Assembly (NCBI GenBank): GCA_963718895.1
Contig: CAVRAG010000004.1
Location: 192,001-256,000, forward strand
DNA from: an uncultured Nitrososphaerota archaeon
GTDB taxonomy: Archaea; Thermoproteota; Nitrososphaeria; Nitrososphaerales; Gagatemarchaeaceae
Length of the DNA: 64,000 bases
Direction of reading: 5' to 3'
Part shown: piece by piece, positions 8,969 to 18,856 of the stretch
Layout: each line of letters opens with the position of its first letter
How positions within the stretch are numbered: the stretch's first letter is position 1
Made by a program: the position numbers and the translations under genes
The notes under the pieces: generated by a model
What the model saw: only the letters and a program-made list of their open reading frames with translations
Databases searched by the model: none
Told to the model about the DNA's origin: nothing

Positions 8969-10186
8969 TTGGTGGGACTGCTGGCGGTCACTGTCGCACC
9001 CCCTTCGGTCAGCGCGGTTTCGCCGCCGTCGCAATCCTGCTCCAAGTATCCGTCCAGTCCGGTTCTGAACGACTCCGGGGCGTACCCCAGCTACTTCTCG
9101 AACACCACCCTCATCAACTACGCGACCCACTTCGAGTACCCCTCGGTTCTCAAGGTGGGCGCGACGTACGAGATGTGGTTCAGCGGGGCCGTGGACAATG
9201 TGTCAGGGATCTTCACTGCGAGTTCCTCCGATGGGGTCGCCTGGTCTGTGAGGAGCACTCCGGTGCTGACTACCGGAGCAAACGGGACGTGGGATTCGAG
9301 TTCTGTCTACTCTCCTGACGTGATATGGAACGGTTCGACGTATCTGATGTACTACACGGGCACAGGAAACGGTCCGAACCAGTTCCGACAGGTAGGGTTG
9401 GCTACCTCGAGCGACATGATACACTGGCAGAAGTATCAAGGCAATCCCATCATCGTCCACGGTCCGGGTACTTACGACTCGTTCTACACGAGATACGCCG
9501 CTGTGCTGTACGACCCTCCAATCTATCGGATGTGGTACACCGGCCAGTCGCTCCTCAACTCCTCGAAGGCTCCCAGCTTCTACATCGCCGTTGACTACGC
9601 GACTTCGACCGACGGCGTCCACTGGGTGAAGTCGGACGCCAATCCAGTCTACGGCGGCGGAGCGAACTGGGGAAGCTACTTCTTCGAGCACCCGTCGGTC
9701 GTCAAGATCAACGGCACCTTCATTATGGCCGGCGACGACGGCTATCAGATAGCCTACGTCACCTCCCAGGACGGCATTCGCTGGGGAGGTTACGGTCAGG
9801 TGCTCGTCAGTCCTTCAGCGGAAGGGTGGGACAATGGGTCCGTGCTGTACCCGAGCCTCCTTGTCCAAGGTTCGAGCGTGATGATCTGGTACACCGGGGA
9901 AAGGCAGACGCCTCACGAGGGATACTTCGACGGAATAGGACTCGTATCTTGTCCGCTCGTAATCGCCCAAGCGACGATCACATCGACGGTGACCGGACCC
10001 ACGATGACTGTCACCAGCACCCAGACCGTGAGCTACTATCCACCGACGACACCCATCTCCTCATCGGTACCTATGTGGGCCTATGCACTAATGGCGGTCT
10101 CCTTAGTCGTCGGACTTGCAGCAGGTTACCTCATCAAGAGACCAACCACTGGGACAAGAGCCAATGGTCATGCTTCCTCTGTGTAA
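8969..10186 (+). CDS. Membrane-anchored five-bladed beta-propeller glycoside hydrolase-like protein (GH43/32/130 clan)
   Basis: Repeated P.V...G..Y.MWY.G...ATS.DG..W blades, Thr-rich linker and C-terminal TM. True start probably ATG 8898 with a +1 insertion. Confidence 0.8.
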   Translation: MVGLLAVTVAPPSVSAVSPPSQSCSKYPSSPVLNDSGAYPSYFSNTTLINYATHFEYPSVLKVGATYEMWFSGAVDNVSGIFTASSSDGVAWSVRSTPVLTTGANGTWDSSSVYSPDVIWNGSTYLMYYTGTGNGPNQFRQVGLATSSDMIHWQKYQGNPIIVHGPGTYDSFYTRYAAVLYDPPIYRMWYTGQSLLNSSKAPSFYIAVDYATSTDGVHWVKSDANPVYGGGANWGSYFFEHPSVVKINGTFIMAGDDGYQIAYVTSQDGIRWGGYGQVLVSPSAEGWDNGSVLYPSLLVQGSSVMIWYTGERQTPHEGYFDGIGLVSCPLVIAQATITSTVTGPTMTVTSTQTVSYYPPTTPISSSVPMWAYALMAVSLVVGLAAGYLIKRPTTGTRANGHASSV

Positions 10187-10339
10187 CGAGAGAAGCCGCC
10201 CCTTTTGATCAATGATCTTGTCCGAAACAGATTGGTTACATGATATTCCTTCCTTCAACCACTCTAATCGAGTCACTTTAACCCGGATACCTGTGAATAC
10301 ATCCTGTCTTATCCTAAATAGCGTAAATGAGGTATTTTA

Positions 10340-10385
10340 AAGTGGACCGGGGGGAATGCGCTGCGTTATTGCTCCTGGAAAGGGA
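10340..10385 (-). repeat. Inner att-like copy of the tRNA-Ala 3' end
   Basis: AAGTGGACCGGGGGG (15 nt) is identical to 12687-12701. Confidence 0.75.
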
Positions 10386-10433
10386 TACGAAATCCCTGAA
10401 TCCCACCTATGCCCTTGGTCGGCATTCGAGATC

Positions 10434-11702
10434 CTAGCAGAACGAAGATGCGGTGTCGTTTTGTGGAGAGAGCACGTAGACGCAACCGTTTTGCGGGACG
10501 TACGCCATGGTTGTAGAAAGTGGCGGGTCCTGATATGGCGCGCTTGGGACACTCCCAAAGCCGATTATCTCGTTGGCAGGGCTGATGATGAAAAGCCGAG
10601 CGCCAGAGAAGATCATCCAGCCCTGTTTCGCATCGTAGACTCCGCCAGAAGCGGCTGCCTTGATGGTCGCGACGACCTCGTTCGACTTGTCTATCACGGT
10701 TATGGTGCCGGATCCGAGGTTCGAGACGTACAGGTCGCCGTTTTGTGGGTTGAAACTGACAGTCCAATCCCCGTTGCCTGTATCCGCAGACCCAACTTCC
10801 TTTGTGCCGTTCAGGGCTGTTATTCCTCCCTGCAGGGAAACCACATACATGTATCCGTTAGCCGGGTCGAACTGCAGAAGCTCAGGAACCCCCATCTTAA
10901 GAAATCCTGAAATCGAGTCGTTGGCCGAGATGAGGTACACACCGCTGTTCATGCCTGAGGCATAGATCTCCCCCAGGGGAGGGTCGTAGGCCAAGCCACC
11001 AACATCATCCACCGTGATGTTGGCCACGATCTTGTTCGCACTATCCAGGGCGAGGACGTAGTTCGTGCCTTGCAATCCGACGTAGGTCTCGTTGTTGGCG
11101 GGGTCGAACTGCATCAGCGGGGCTCCCCCGATGGACATGCTGACGTTCACGCTTCCGACGACTTCGTAGGGCTCGTCCAGCGCGACCGCGAGCACAGCGG
11201 TGTTGCAGCAAGACTTTGGTGAGGGAGGCGTCGTCGAGACGTAGATCTCGTGGTTCGCTGGGTCGTAGGCGAGCGAGTGGTCATTCGTCGTTGTAGGTCC
11301 GAGGTAGATGCTCTCCAGAATCGTATTGGTGGTCGCGTTCAGGACGTAGAGGTTCGTCGCGAAGGGCGTCTTGCTCATGTCTGTGGCAACTATCAGGACG
11401 AACTTGTTGACCGGGTCGTACGCGATGGCCTGGGGCTCTTCCCCAATCGGGATCGTGAAGTTAGGGTCGACCGAGGGCGGAACCGAGCTTGAGGTCGAAG
11501 TGCTGTAAGAGATCGAGGTGGTGGAGGCGGAGATTGATGACGTCGTACTGATTTCTGACGAACTGGACTGGCTAGTCGTCTGGACGGTCTTCTGGTTCTG
11601 CAGTGGCGAGAGGTAGATCACGGCACCTATTGCGAGTATGATGAGGACTCCGGCGACAGAAGCCACTATTGTCCTGTTGCGGTAGTTCGATGCCGGCTTC
11701 AA
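10434..11702 (-). CDS. YncE/YVTN-like beta-propeller surface protein
   Basis: N-terminal TM, Ser/Thr linker and repeated AYDP.N..IYV blades. Confidence 0.85.
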   Translation of the reverse strand: MKPASNYRNRTIVASVAGVLIILAIGAVIYLSPLQNQKTVQTTSQSSSSEISTTSSISASTTSISYSTSTSSSVPPSVDPNFTIPIGEEPQAIAYDPVNKFVLIVATDMSKTPFATNLYVLNATTNTILESIYLGPTTTNDHSLAYDPANHEIYVSTTPPSPKSCCNTAVLAVALDEPYEVVGSVNVSMSIGGAPLMQFDPANNETYVGLQGTNYVLALDSANKIVANITVDDVGGLAYDPPLGEIYASGMNSGVYLISANDSISGFLKMGVPELLQFDPANGYMYVVSLQGGITALNGTKEVGSADTGNGDWTVSFNPQNGDLYVSNLGSGTITVIDKSNEVVATIKAAASGGVYDAKQGWMIFSGARLFIISPANEIIGFGSVPSAPYQDPPLSTTMAYVPQNGCVYVLSPQNDTASSFC

Positions 11703-11753
11703 TTCTAGTAGATATCAGGATTCGGGCGCATTTAGTGCTATGGTTTGTCACTC

Positions 11754-11774
11754 GCATACTAAAGATTAGTATGC
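11754..11774. promoter_or_regulatory. Palindromic operator candidate (TACTA-N5-TAGTA core)
   Basis: Perfect inverted repeat GCATACTAA-aga-TTAGTATGC between divergent genes. Confidence 0.7.
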
Positions 11775-11837
11775 TCATTCTAATGGCAAGACTGAGGTAC
11801 TAATTTATGGCAGGCACCTCAACGCAGCACGACGTCC

Positions 11838-12260
11838 TTGAGCGAAGACAAGGCTTTCGAGTTGGCCGGGACCACTCTCAAGGTCTATCGCTACATGTAC
11901 AGGGCCGGTCGGCCGCTAGGCATTCATGAAGTTCAACAGGGCCTCCACTTCAGTTCGCCCTCCGTCGCTCAATACCACGTCAAGAAGCTGGAGAACGCCG
12001 GCCTGGTGACCAGGGATGATTACGCCCGCTACTTCGTTGATCGCATCGTGTTCGAGAATATGATTCGGGTCAGACGTTCGTTGATTCCCCTTCAGACGGC
12101 ATACGCGCTGTCATTCGCCACTGGATTTGTCTTGTTGTTGATCCTCTTCAGACCTCCGGTCATCTCCAGTGGCTACTTCTTTGCGCTAATCATGATAGGG
12201 CTTGCGTGTGGGGTGTTCAGTTATGAAGCGCTCAAGGCGTCGAAGGAAGCAGCCATCTGA
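11838..12260 (+). CDS. Membrane-tethered winged-helix regulator (paralog 1)
   Basis: GTTLKVYRY...SSPSVAQYHVKKL wHTH plus two C-terminal TM helices; paralogs at 39366 and 52760. Confidence 0.85.
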   Translation: MSEDKAFELAGTTLKVYRYMYRAGRPLGIHEVQQGLHFSSPSVAQYHVKKLENAGLVTRDDYARYFVDRIVFENMIRVRRSLIPLQTAYALSFATGFVLLLILFRPPVISSGYFFALIMIGLACGVFSYEALKASKEAAI

Positions 12261-12374
12261 CCGCCGATGAACTTCAGCATCTAATCTCGTGCTCGTAGAG
12301 CCTTTCCCCACACGAGGGAGTATGACGCATGTCTTCGCAAGACATTGCGGCCCTAAGCTGAAGAGGCGAGTGTG

Positions 12375-12644
12375 CGGCCCCTGCCATCTTCGTTCCTGGA
12401 CCTTCTGCTTCATGCGCAGCATGTACTCCAGGATGAACCCCTAAGCCCACTGCGGGTCGGCCTTCGCCCTCCCCACGAACTCGTCGCAGGAGAGGTCGAC
12501 GTCCCGGAAGAAGAAGGCGAGCATCCTCTCGTAGTGGTCAAGGGAGAGCGGGCTCTTGATCGCCTCGCGAAGGTTCTGGATGTACTTCCCTTCGAGGATT
12601 GAACGGTCCTCCCTCTTTCTTCCTGCGGCGGACATGAATAACAC
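12375..12644 (-). pseudogene. N-terminal remnant of a tyrosine integrase
   Basis: AIKSPLSLDHYERMLAFF resembles the N-terminal binding domain of archaeal integrases. In-frame TAG at 12441, no catalytic domain, directly downstream of the tRNA. Confidence 0.6.
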
Positions 12645-12689
12645 AGTCGCCCGAGTATTTAAAAACCAATTTGAGGAGCAAAAATGAAG

Positions 12690-12763
12690 TGGACCGGGGG
12701 GGATTTGAACCCCCGACCTCCTCCGTGCGAGGGAGGCATTCTACCAGATTGAACTACCGGCCC
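12690..12763 (-). tRNA. tRNA-Ala(CGC)
   Basis: Cloverleaf with acceptor GGGCCGG/CCGGTCC including G3:U70, anticodon loop CTCGCAC and discriminator A. Confidence 0.96.
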
Positions 12764-12875
12764 ACCGATGGAGACCCGATTGAAATGGCGTATTTAATGT
12801 AACGTGGATGACAGCTCCCGACGTCCAACATGATTCTTCTAGAAGATTTCTCCTGCTCGACTTAAGAAAGGACAG

Positions 12876-13739
12876 ATGTCGCCCCCGACCGAAATGAAAG
12901 CGTCCCAGGTGGCCGTGTCTCGACACTCGGTCGATTCAGTGTTCCCTCGCATCCTCGACAGGCGATACGCTGTCGTGAGGCCAAACTTCCCGCTCATCAC
13001 GGTGCTGTACCTGCTCAAACTCCAGGAGCTGGCGGCGGTGCCTCTCACCTCGGACAACAGGAACGAGAGCAGAGCGGTATTCGGGTTCTCGTGCCTGGAA
13101 CAGATGGTCAAGATGGGTCCCGAGCGCTTCGCTTCCTTCCTGCAGGAACCGTGCGAGAGGGCCGCGAACCAGCTCAACTTCCTGACTACCGACAGGGACC
13201 TCGGAGACCTCTTGGATTCCTTCAGTACCCGCCGCACCGGTTTCGTGGTCGTGCGGGCACCCGATTCGAACGGAAGGCGGAGCCTTGTGACGCTGGCTGA
13301 CGTCCTCAAGCTCTACGCAAACAGGACGATCAGGACCGACCTGATGACCCAAGACGTCGCGAGCTCCATCTTCCCCATGCCGGGGAGCGCGTCGGTGCGT
13401 GAGGCTCTCCAGGCGATGCTCGATCACCATTACAGGCGAGTCTTCGTCTCCGAAGACGGGTGCTACATCTCTGACCGAACCATCATGGATCACATCCTCG
13501 ACCCTTGGGCGCTTGCCGAGCTTCAGGAAGATCCTCGGCAGGACTCCCTCGCCACGCCGATAGACGAACTCTGGAGCGTCTCACCGATTCCCGTTGGCCC
13601 GCGCGTGAACCTCAGGGATGCGGCGATGAAGCTCCGAGAACATCGGGGCGGGTGTCTTGTCACGCAAGGAGGCAAGGTCATCACCCCGTGGGACCTCGTG
13701 ATGAAGCCTTGGCTCTCCGGCGAGCTGGTCATCGCCTAG
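12876..13739 (+). CDS. CBS-domain protein (divergent)
   Basis: SVREALQAML..HYRRVFV and NLRDAAMKL...GCLV..G.VIT..DL are CBS-like motifs. Confidence 0.75.
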   Translation: MSPPTEMKASQVAVSRHSVDSVFPRILDRRYAVVRPNFPLITVLYLLKLQELAAVPLTSDNRNESRAVFGFSCLEQMVKMGPERFASFLQEPCERAANQLNFLTTDRDLGDLLDSFSTRRTGFVVVRAPDSNGRRSLVTLADVLKLYANRTIRTDLMTQDVASSIFPMPGSASVREALQAMLDHHYRRVFVSEDGCYISDRTIMDHILDPWALAELQEDPRQDSLATPIDELWSVSPIPVGPRVNLRDAAMKLREHRGGCLVTQGGKVITPWDLVMKPWLSGELVIA

Positions 13740-13773
13740 GGGCAGACAGCGCTCTACAGGATGGAGTATGAGA

Positions 13774-14265
13774 CTAGGAGGCCTTCGGCTTCCGAGACAG
13801 CTTCGTACCGCAGACGTCACAGATCGTCGCTTTCGAATCGGAGTACTCCTTCCCGCAGCCCTTGCAGTATGTAATCCAAGTAATCTGCTTCCACTCCCCC
13901 CTCACATTAGTCTCGGAGAGGCCGACCCCGAGAACCTCAGCGACGTTCCGGACCGCGAAATCGTCGGTGACCAGGGTGACGTCGCCGCCCGCCGACGCCA
14001 GGTCTAGGCTCACGGCCAGTATCGACGCGTCTGCCTCGGAGAGTGACTTCAGGTCCCCCGTCTTCGCAGAGACCTGTTTGACCTTCTGCAGAGACTCCTT
14101 CGAAGGCTCCGTCACCTGGACCCTAGAGTGAATCAGCTGCGCCCCGATTCCCCTGCTCCCGACCTCGTCCATCACGTGATAGGTCGTGTAGTACCGCCCG
14201 GTTCCCTGGAAGGGTATGCCCCTGAAAAAGGCCGTCGAGTCAAGAACGTGAATTTTTTCGCTCAA
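13774..14265 (-). CDS. nob1: NOB1-family PIN endonuclease with zinc ribbon
   Basis: VLDSTAF, TGDL..LS.AD, LVTDDFAVRNVA and CKGC...CDVCG motifs. Confidence 0.9.
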   Translation of the reverse strand: MSEKIHVLDSTAFFRGIPFQGTGRYYTTYHVMDEVGSRGIGAQLIHSRVQVTEPSKESLQKVKQVSAKTGDLKSLSEADASILAVSLDLASAGGDVTLVTDDFAVRNVAEVLGVGLSETNVRGEWKQITWITYCKGCGKEYSDSKATICDVCGTKLSRKPKAS

Positions 14266-14644
14266 AACTTTAGTTTCACTTTCACATGGCGTCTTGGAAT
14301 CTGGAGGCATTCATTAAGGAAAAGTCCTCATTCTAGCTGGTCATCTTCACTTCTGAAGCAGGCGTTGGTTCCGCATTGCGCGCTACTAAAGCCTTCGCGC
14401 CTTGGAATAATATACGATTCGGTTGCGGTTTGTCCATCGGGTTGGTTCTGTTAGGTTGACAGGTGGGATGCTCGCAGAAGATAAGGCGAAGGAAGGCCGC
14501 TTCTATCGGCATGTAAGCAGCGTTGGACCTGCATGAGAGATTGATACAGTGCGTCCTGAAGGACGGCCCTGGGAAGATAGTGGGCTTGGAAACCTCGGGT
14601 TCAAGCCTTAATTACTGAGAAATGAAAAGTCAGGGGTCAGTAAA

Positions 14645-15046
14645 ATGAGCAGGCCAGCAGACCTCGGTAGTTTGAAGGAAGGGAGCTATATCATCATCGA
14701 CGGTGAGCCCTGCAAAACTGTAGAGGTTGAGAAGAGCAAACCGGGGAAGCACGGTAGCGCCAAGGTCAGGCTGACGGCCATCTCTGTTTTCACAGGTTCG
14801 AAGAAGACCATCATTGGCACGGTAGACACCCACATCGAGGTGCCCATGATAGACAAGAGGTCGGCGCAGATCGTATCGACCACTCCGACGAGCGTCCAGC
14901 TCATGGACCTCGGGACCTTTGAGGTCACCGAGAGTCCCATCCCGACCGAACCCGAACTCCAGGGGAAGCTTGTGGCGGGGACAGAAGTGGAGGTCTGGGT
15001 CGTTCTAGGAAAGAGCAAGATAATGCGCGTCAAAGGCTCTGGCTAG
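14645..15046 (+). CDS. eif5a: Translation factor aIF5A
   Basis: Hypusine motif KSKPGKHGSAK. Confidence 0.97.
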   Translation: MSRPADLGSLKEGSYIIIDGEPCKTVEVEKSKPGKHGSAKVRLTAISVFTGSKKTIIGTVDTHIEVPMIDKRSAQIVSTTPTSVQLMDLGTFEVTESPIPTEPELQGKLVAGTEVEVWVVLGKSKIMRVKGSG

Positions 15047-15241
15047 TCTCGTTCGTGGTCTATCCGTATCGGATTTCTTCATCGTAGTACTCAGACGGCT
15101 CTTCCGATTTGTCATCTAGACCAAAGGACTCCCGGACGCCTGGTGTTTATCCTTGTCCACTAGTTCGAACGTACCGACTGAGAAAGACGGCGAACACGTG
15201 GTTCACCAAGGATAAATATCCAAAGGAAAGCCGCGGGTTTC

Positions 15242-16489
15242 ATGATGACCAGACGAAGGGGCTCTGCGCTAGGTCTCAGTATGGTGACCATCGCCGTGCT
15301 CATCTTAATCATAGCCGGACTGTTCGTCTACTACAACTCTTCGGTCGGCTCTCGGGTAAACTCGGACAGCTCAACCATAAGCACCCTTCAGAACGAGGTG
15401 CGAACGCAGCAGAGCGTGATAAACAGTCTGGAGAACCAGCCGGCAGGCTCCGGTGGCCAGGGGAACCTCTCGATCAACGGGATAAGCCCTGTGGCCATCT
15501 ACGACGCGGCAAACCGGAGCGTCGTGACAATTCAGGGAGACGAGGTCACGAGCGTAGGCACGGTCTTTGGGACCCAGAGTCAGGTCTCCACGATCCTAGG
15601 GTCGGGCATCGTCACCTCTTACCTGAACAGCACATACATCGTAACGAACTATCATGTGGTCAACGGCGTGAGCAACATCACCGTCACGTTCTCAGACGGA
15701 GACGCGTATCCTGCCAGCGTCATCGGGACCGACCCCTACAGCGATATCGCGATTGTGACGGTAAACGCTCCGTCTTCGGAGTTCGCACCGCTGAGAATCA
15801 TATCATCGTCGGGGATTGTGGTCGGCCAGCCGGTCGTCGCAATAGGTAACCCCTACGGCCTTTCAGGGTCAATGACCTTCGGCATCATAAGCCAGCTTGG
15901 GAGGACGATAACCGAGGCTACCACAGGTCAGTTCTCCATCTCCGGAATCATCCAGTTCAGCGCGCCAATCAACCCGGGCAACTCCGGCGGTCCGCTACTG
16001 AACGCGAACGGTATGGTAATCGGGATAACGACTGCGACCGTGAACGGCTCCCAGGGTCTGGGATTCGCGATACCCTCGAGCACGATCCTCGAAGAGATGC
16101 CGGCCCTGATAAGCACCGGGCACTACAACATGCACTCCTATCTTGGAATAGGCGGGGTGGACATGAACTATCAACTTGCCCAGGCATCCGGCACCAACGT
16201 GACCTACGGGGTCTTGGTCGAGAGCATCGTGAGCGGCGGGCCCGCGGCCACGGCAGGGTTGAAGGTGGGCACCAAGACAGTCACCGTCTCTGGTCAACAG
16301 TACCTGGTAGGAGGGGATATCATCGTGTCAATCAACGGGACCAGAATCATAAACCAGGACGCACTCTCAACGTATCTCCAACAGAACACAGTCTCGGGCC
16401 AGACGGTTCAGATAGGGATAATCAGGGCGGGTACGCCCTCTACCGTGACCCTCATCCTGGGGCAGAGGCCGCCTCCCCCCACCGGCTAG
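15242..16489 (+). CDS. htrA: HtrA/DegP-like serine protease with PDZ domain
   Basis: VTNYHVV, DPYSDIA, INPGNSGGPL and C-terminal PDZ (GDII); N-terminal TM. Confidence 0.93.
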   Translation: MMTRRRGSALGLSMVTIAVLILIIAGLFVYYNSSVGSRVNSDSSTISTLQNEVRTQQSVINSLENQPAGSGGQGNLSINGISPVAIYDAANRSVVTIQGDEVTSVGTVFGTQSQVSTILGSGIVTSYLNSTYIVTNYHVVNGVSNITVTFSDGDAYPASVIGTDPYSDIAIVTVNAPSSEFAPLRIISSSGIVVGQPVVAIGNPYGLSGSMTFGIISQLGRTITEATTGQFSISGIIQFSAPINPGNSGGPLLNANGMVIGITTATVNGSQGLGFAIPSSTILEEMPALISTGHYNMHSYLGIGGVDMNYQLAQASGTNVTYGVLVESIVSGGPAATAGLKVGTKTVTVSGQQYLVGGDIIVSINGTRIINQDALSTYLQQNTVSGQTVQIGIIRAGTPSTVTLILGQRPPPPTG

Positions 16490-17172
16490 ACCCTCTTCGG
16501 GACGAGCGTGGCTTCGAGTATCTCAAGGCGCCCTGCCATACCGTTCCAGTGCTTCCTCGACGAGATTATCTCTATGCGCTCTTCGAACAATGGACAGTCC
16601 AGCACGAACGTCTCCCCTTCGCCCCCCTCGAGGGCCGCGTGCATCCCGTACTTCCTCTGGAGCTCCACGAGTTGCTCGACCATGGCGGCGTCCAGTCTCC
16701 TTCCGAGCCAACTCTCATCCAGACCGAGCGCGGCCACCCCTGTAACTATGACCTCAAACCCCTGATTGATTATGTTCATGAGGTGAACGCGAGGGTCGAT
16801 GCCCCACAGCGGGGACAAACTCTGCAACCCTAGCTCCGAGCATATCCTGTCGACGCGTGATTTCTGGTAGACGCTCGCCAGCGCCCCCGAGTAGACACCC
16901 TCGATTCCGCATTCGTCCTTGGCCATCTGAAGAGCCCGAGAAAGGTCGCTCAGCTCCTCCTCCTTGATTCCATCGGTGGGAACCATCACCTGCGGTAGGT
17001 GTGCCGACTTTGCCTGTAATTTCGTCCATTGGACTGCGGGGTAGTGATACATCCACGACCCCTCGGTCGATGGACATATCGTAACAAGGCAGACAAGTTG
17101 GTCAGTCTGTTTCGCGAGGAACGCTGAGTAGGCTGAGTCCTTGCCTCCGCTCCATAGAACCGCGACCTTCAT
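16486..17172 (-). CDS. dph6: Diphthine--ammonia ligase
   Basis: SGGKDS, SWMYH, S.YQKSR and GEGGEGETFVLDCPLF-type motifs. Confidence 0.92.
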   Translation of the reverse strand: MKVAVLWSGGKDSAYSAFLAKQTDQLVCLVTICPSTEGSWMYHYPAVQWTKLQAKSAHLPQVMVPTDGIKEEELSDLSRALQMAKDECGIEGVYSGALASVYQKSRVDRICSELGLQSLSPLWGIDPRVHLMNIINQGFEVIVTGVAALGLDESWLGRRLDAAMVEQLVELQRKYGMHAALEGGEGETFVLDCPLFEERIEIISSRKHWNGMAGRLEILEATLVPKRV

Positions 17173-17518
17173 GCTAAGAGTTGGGACAGGAAAGCTCTCT
17201 TAACGGTTCTGTCGATGGAATCTCGCGTTGGTCAGGGAGCTCTCGGCCAGACTTGATGCGCATACCATCTGATTTCCGTGCCACGCGAATCCCAGTCTCC
17301 TCGACGTTCGTCCAGTTCTCGCAGGGGCACGACCGGGTCGTTGTCGAGTGGGGTTCAGGTCATGGAGGCGGCGGCTGGGTTGGGAATTCCACAATCTTCT
17401 AGCGGGGTCGCTTCGCAGCAGACACCACTTGGATTAGCGTTTCTTGTGATTCTGATCTCCCTGAAGGAGAAGATCCTGAGAAGAGACGGCTAAATACAAC
17501 TAGATTTTGAACGGCGCT

Positions 17519-18856
17519 ATGCTAGACTCTCTGAGGAGCGGGCTACAGGATGCCATTAAGAAGCTCCTCGGCTCTAGTACTGTCGACGAAGCGGCGATCC
17601 GGGAGCTATCGAAGGACCTCCAGCGCGCCTTGATCCAGGCCGATGTGAACGTCAAGCTTGTCCTCTCCGTGACGGAGTCCGTGCAGAAGAGGGCGCTGGA
17701 GGAGAAGCCGCTCGGAGGGATGACGCGCAAGGACCAGATCGTCAAGATCCTCTACGAGGAGCTGGACAGGATGCTCGGGGGAGAGAAGGAGCTCAAGCTC
17801 GACAGAGGGAAGACGACCGTCATCGTGATGCTCGGGGTCCAAGGCTCGGGGAAGACCACCACCGTATCGAAGCTTGCCAGGTACTACATGAAGAAGGGCT
17901 TCAAGGTCGGCGTGGTCGCGGCGGACACGTTCCGTCCCGGTGCCGTCACGCAGCTGAAGACCCTTGCCGAGCGCATCGGTGTGGACATCTACAGCGACGA
18001 GAAGCAGAGCGACTCGATCAAGGTCGCGGAGGCCGGAAAGCGATTCTTCGAGAGCAGCAAGAACCTGATAATCATAGACACGGCGGGCAGGCACAAGGAA
18101 GAGAAGAGCCTCCTGGACGAGATGAACAGCATCGTCTCCAAGGTCAAGCCGGACATCAACCTTCTGGTGGTCGACGGGACCATCGGGCAGCAGTGTTACA
18201 ATCAGGCGATGGCGTTCCACAAGAACTCGCCGGTTGGCGGGATTGTAATCACCAAACTCGATGGTGCGGCGAAGGGAGGAGGGGCGCTCGCCGCCGTGGC
18301 CGCGACGGGCGCCCGGATCTACTTCATAGGAACCGGCGAGAGGGTGGACGACCTCGAGGAGTTCTCTTCGACCCGTTTCGTGGGCCGGCTGCTCGGGATG
18401 GGCGACCTGAAGTCGCTGCTGGACATGGCCAAGCAGCTCGAGTTGGAGGTCGACGAGAAGCGGGTCCTGCGGATGACCTCGGGCAAGCTCACGATGGACG
18501 ACTTCCTCTTCCAGTTCGAGCAGGTCAACAAGATGGGCTCGCTTAAGAAGATCCTAGACCTGATACCAGGCATAGCGGGAAACATGAAGGCCGAGGACCT
18601 GGAGAAGGCCGAGAAGGACATGAAGGTCTGGAAGAGCATCATCCAGTCCATGGCGAAGCATGAAAGAGAGACTCCGGAGACGCTCAACGCGGTGAGGATA
18701 AAGCGGATCGCAAGAGGCTCAGGCAGAAGCGAGAAGGAGGTCAGGGAGCTCATCACGAAGTACAGGCAGACAAAGTCCCTGATGAAGGCGAGCAAGGGCC
18801 GCGAGTTCAGGCAGATGCTGAGGAGGGCCGGAGGGCAAGGAGCCCTTGGCGGATAA
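17519..18856 (+). CDS. srp54: Signal recognition particle protein SRP54
   Basis: [28 protein letters not shown] and M-domain RIARGSG motifs. Confidence 0.97.
   Translation: MLDSLRSGLQDAIKKLLGSSTVDEAAIRELSKDLQRALIQADVNVKLVLSVTESVQKRALEEKPLGGMTRKDQIVKILYEELDRMLGGEKELKLDRGKTTVIVMLGVQGSGKTTTVSKLARYYMKKGFKVGVVAADTFRPGAVTQLKTLAERIGVDIYSDEKQSDSIKVAEAGKRFFESSKNLIIIDTAGRHKEEKSLLDEMNSIVSKVKPDINLLVVDGTIGQQCYNQAMAFHKNSPVGGIVITKLDGAAKGGGALAAVAATGARIYFIGTGERVDDLEEFSSTRFVGRLLGMGDLKSLLDMAKQLELEVDEKRVLRMTSGKLTMDDFLFQFEQVNKMGSLKKILDLIPGIAGNMKAEDLEKAEKDMKVWKSIIQSMAKHERETPETLNAVRIKRIARGSGRSEKEVRELITKYRQTKSLMKASKGREFRQMLRRAGGQGALGG

Larger units (their letters stand above)
8781..12700. mobile_element. Decayed tandem integrated elements at tRNA-Ala(CGC)
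   Basis: Two partial direct repeats of the tRNA 3' end plus an integrase N-terminal remnant beside the tRNA. Confidence 0.7.

Noticed and set aside
10337-10558. 73-aa ORF ending at the att-like repeat as an integrase C-terminal fragment
   Set aside because: It mostly overlaps the beta-propeller gene in another frame and shows no catalytic R-H-R-Y residues.
17606-18220. Long antisense or alternate-frame ORFs (also 35414-36382, 37768-38724, 41368-42183, 58481-59293, 62537-63070)
   Set aside because: Shadow ORFs of real genes, expected in GC-rich DNA; they carry no motifs.
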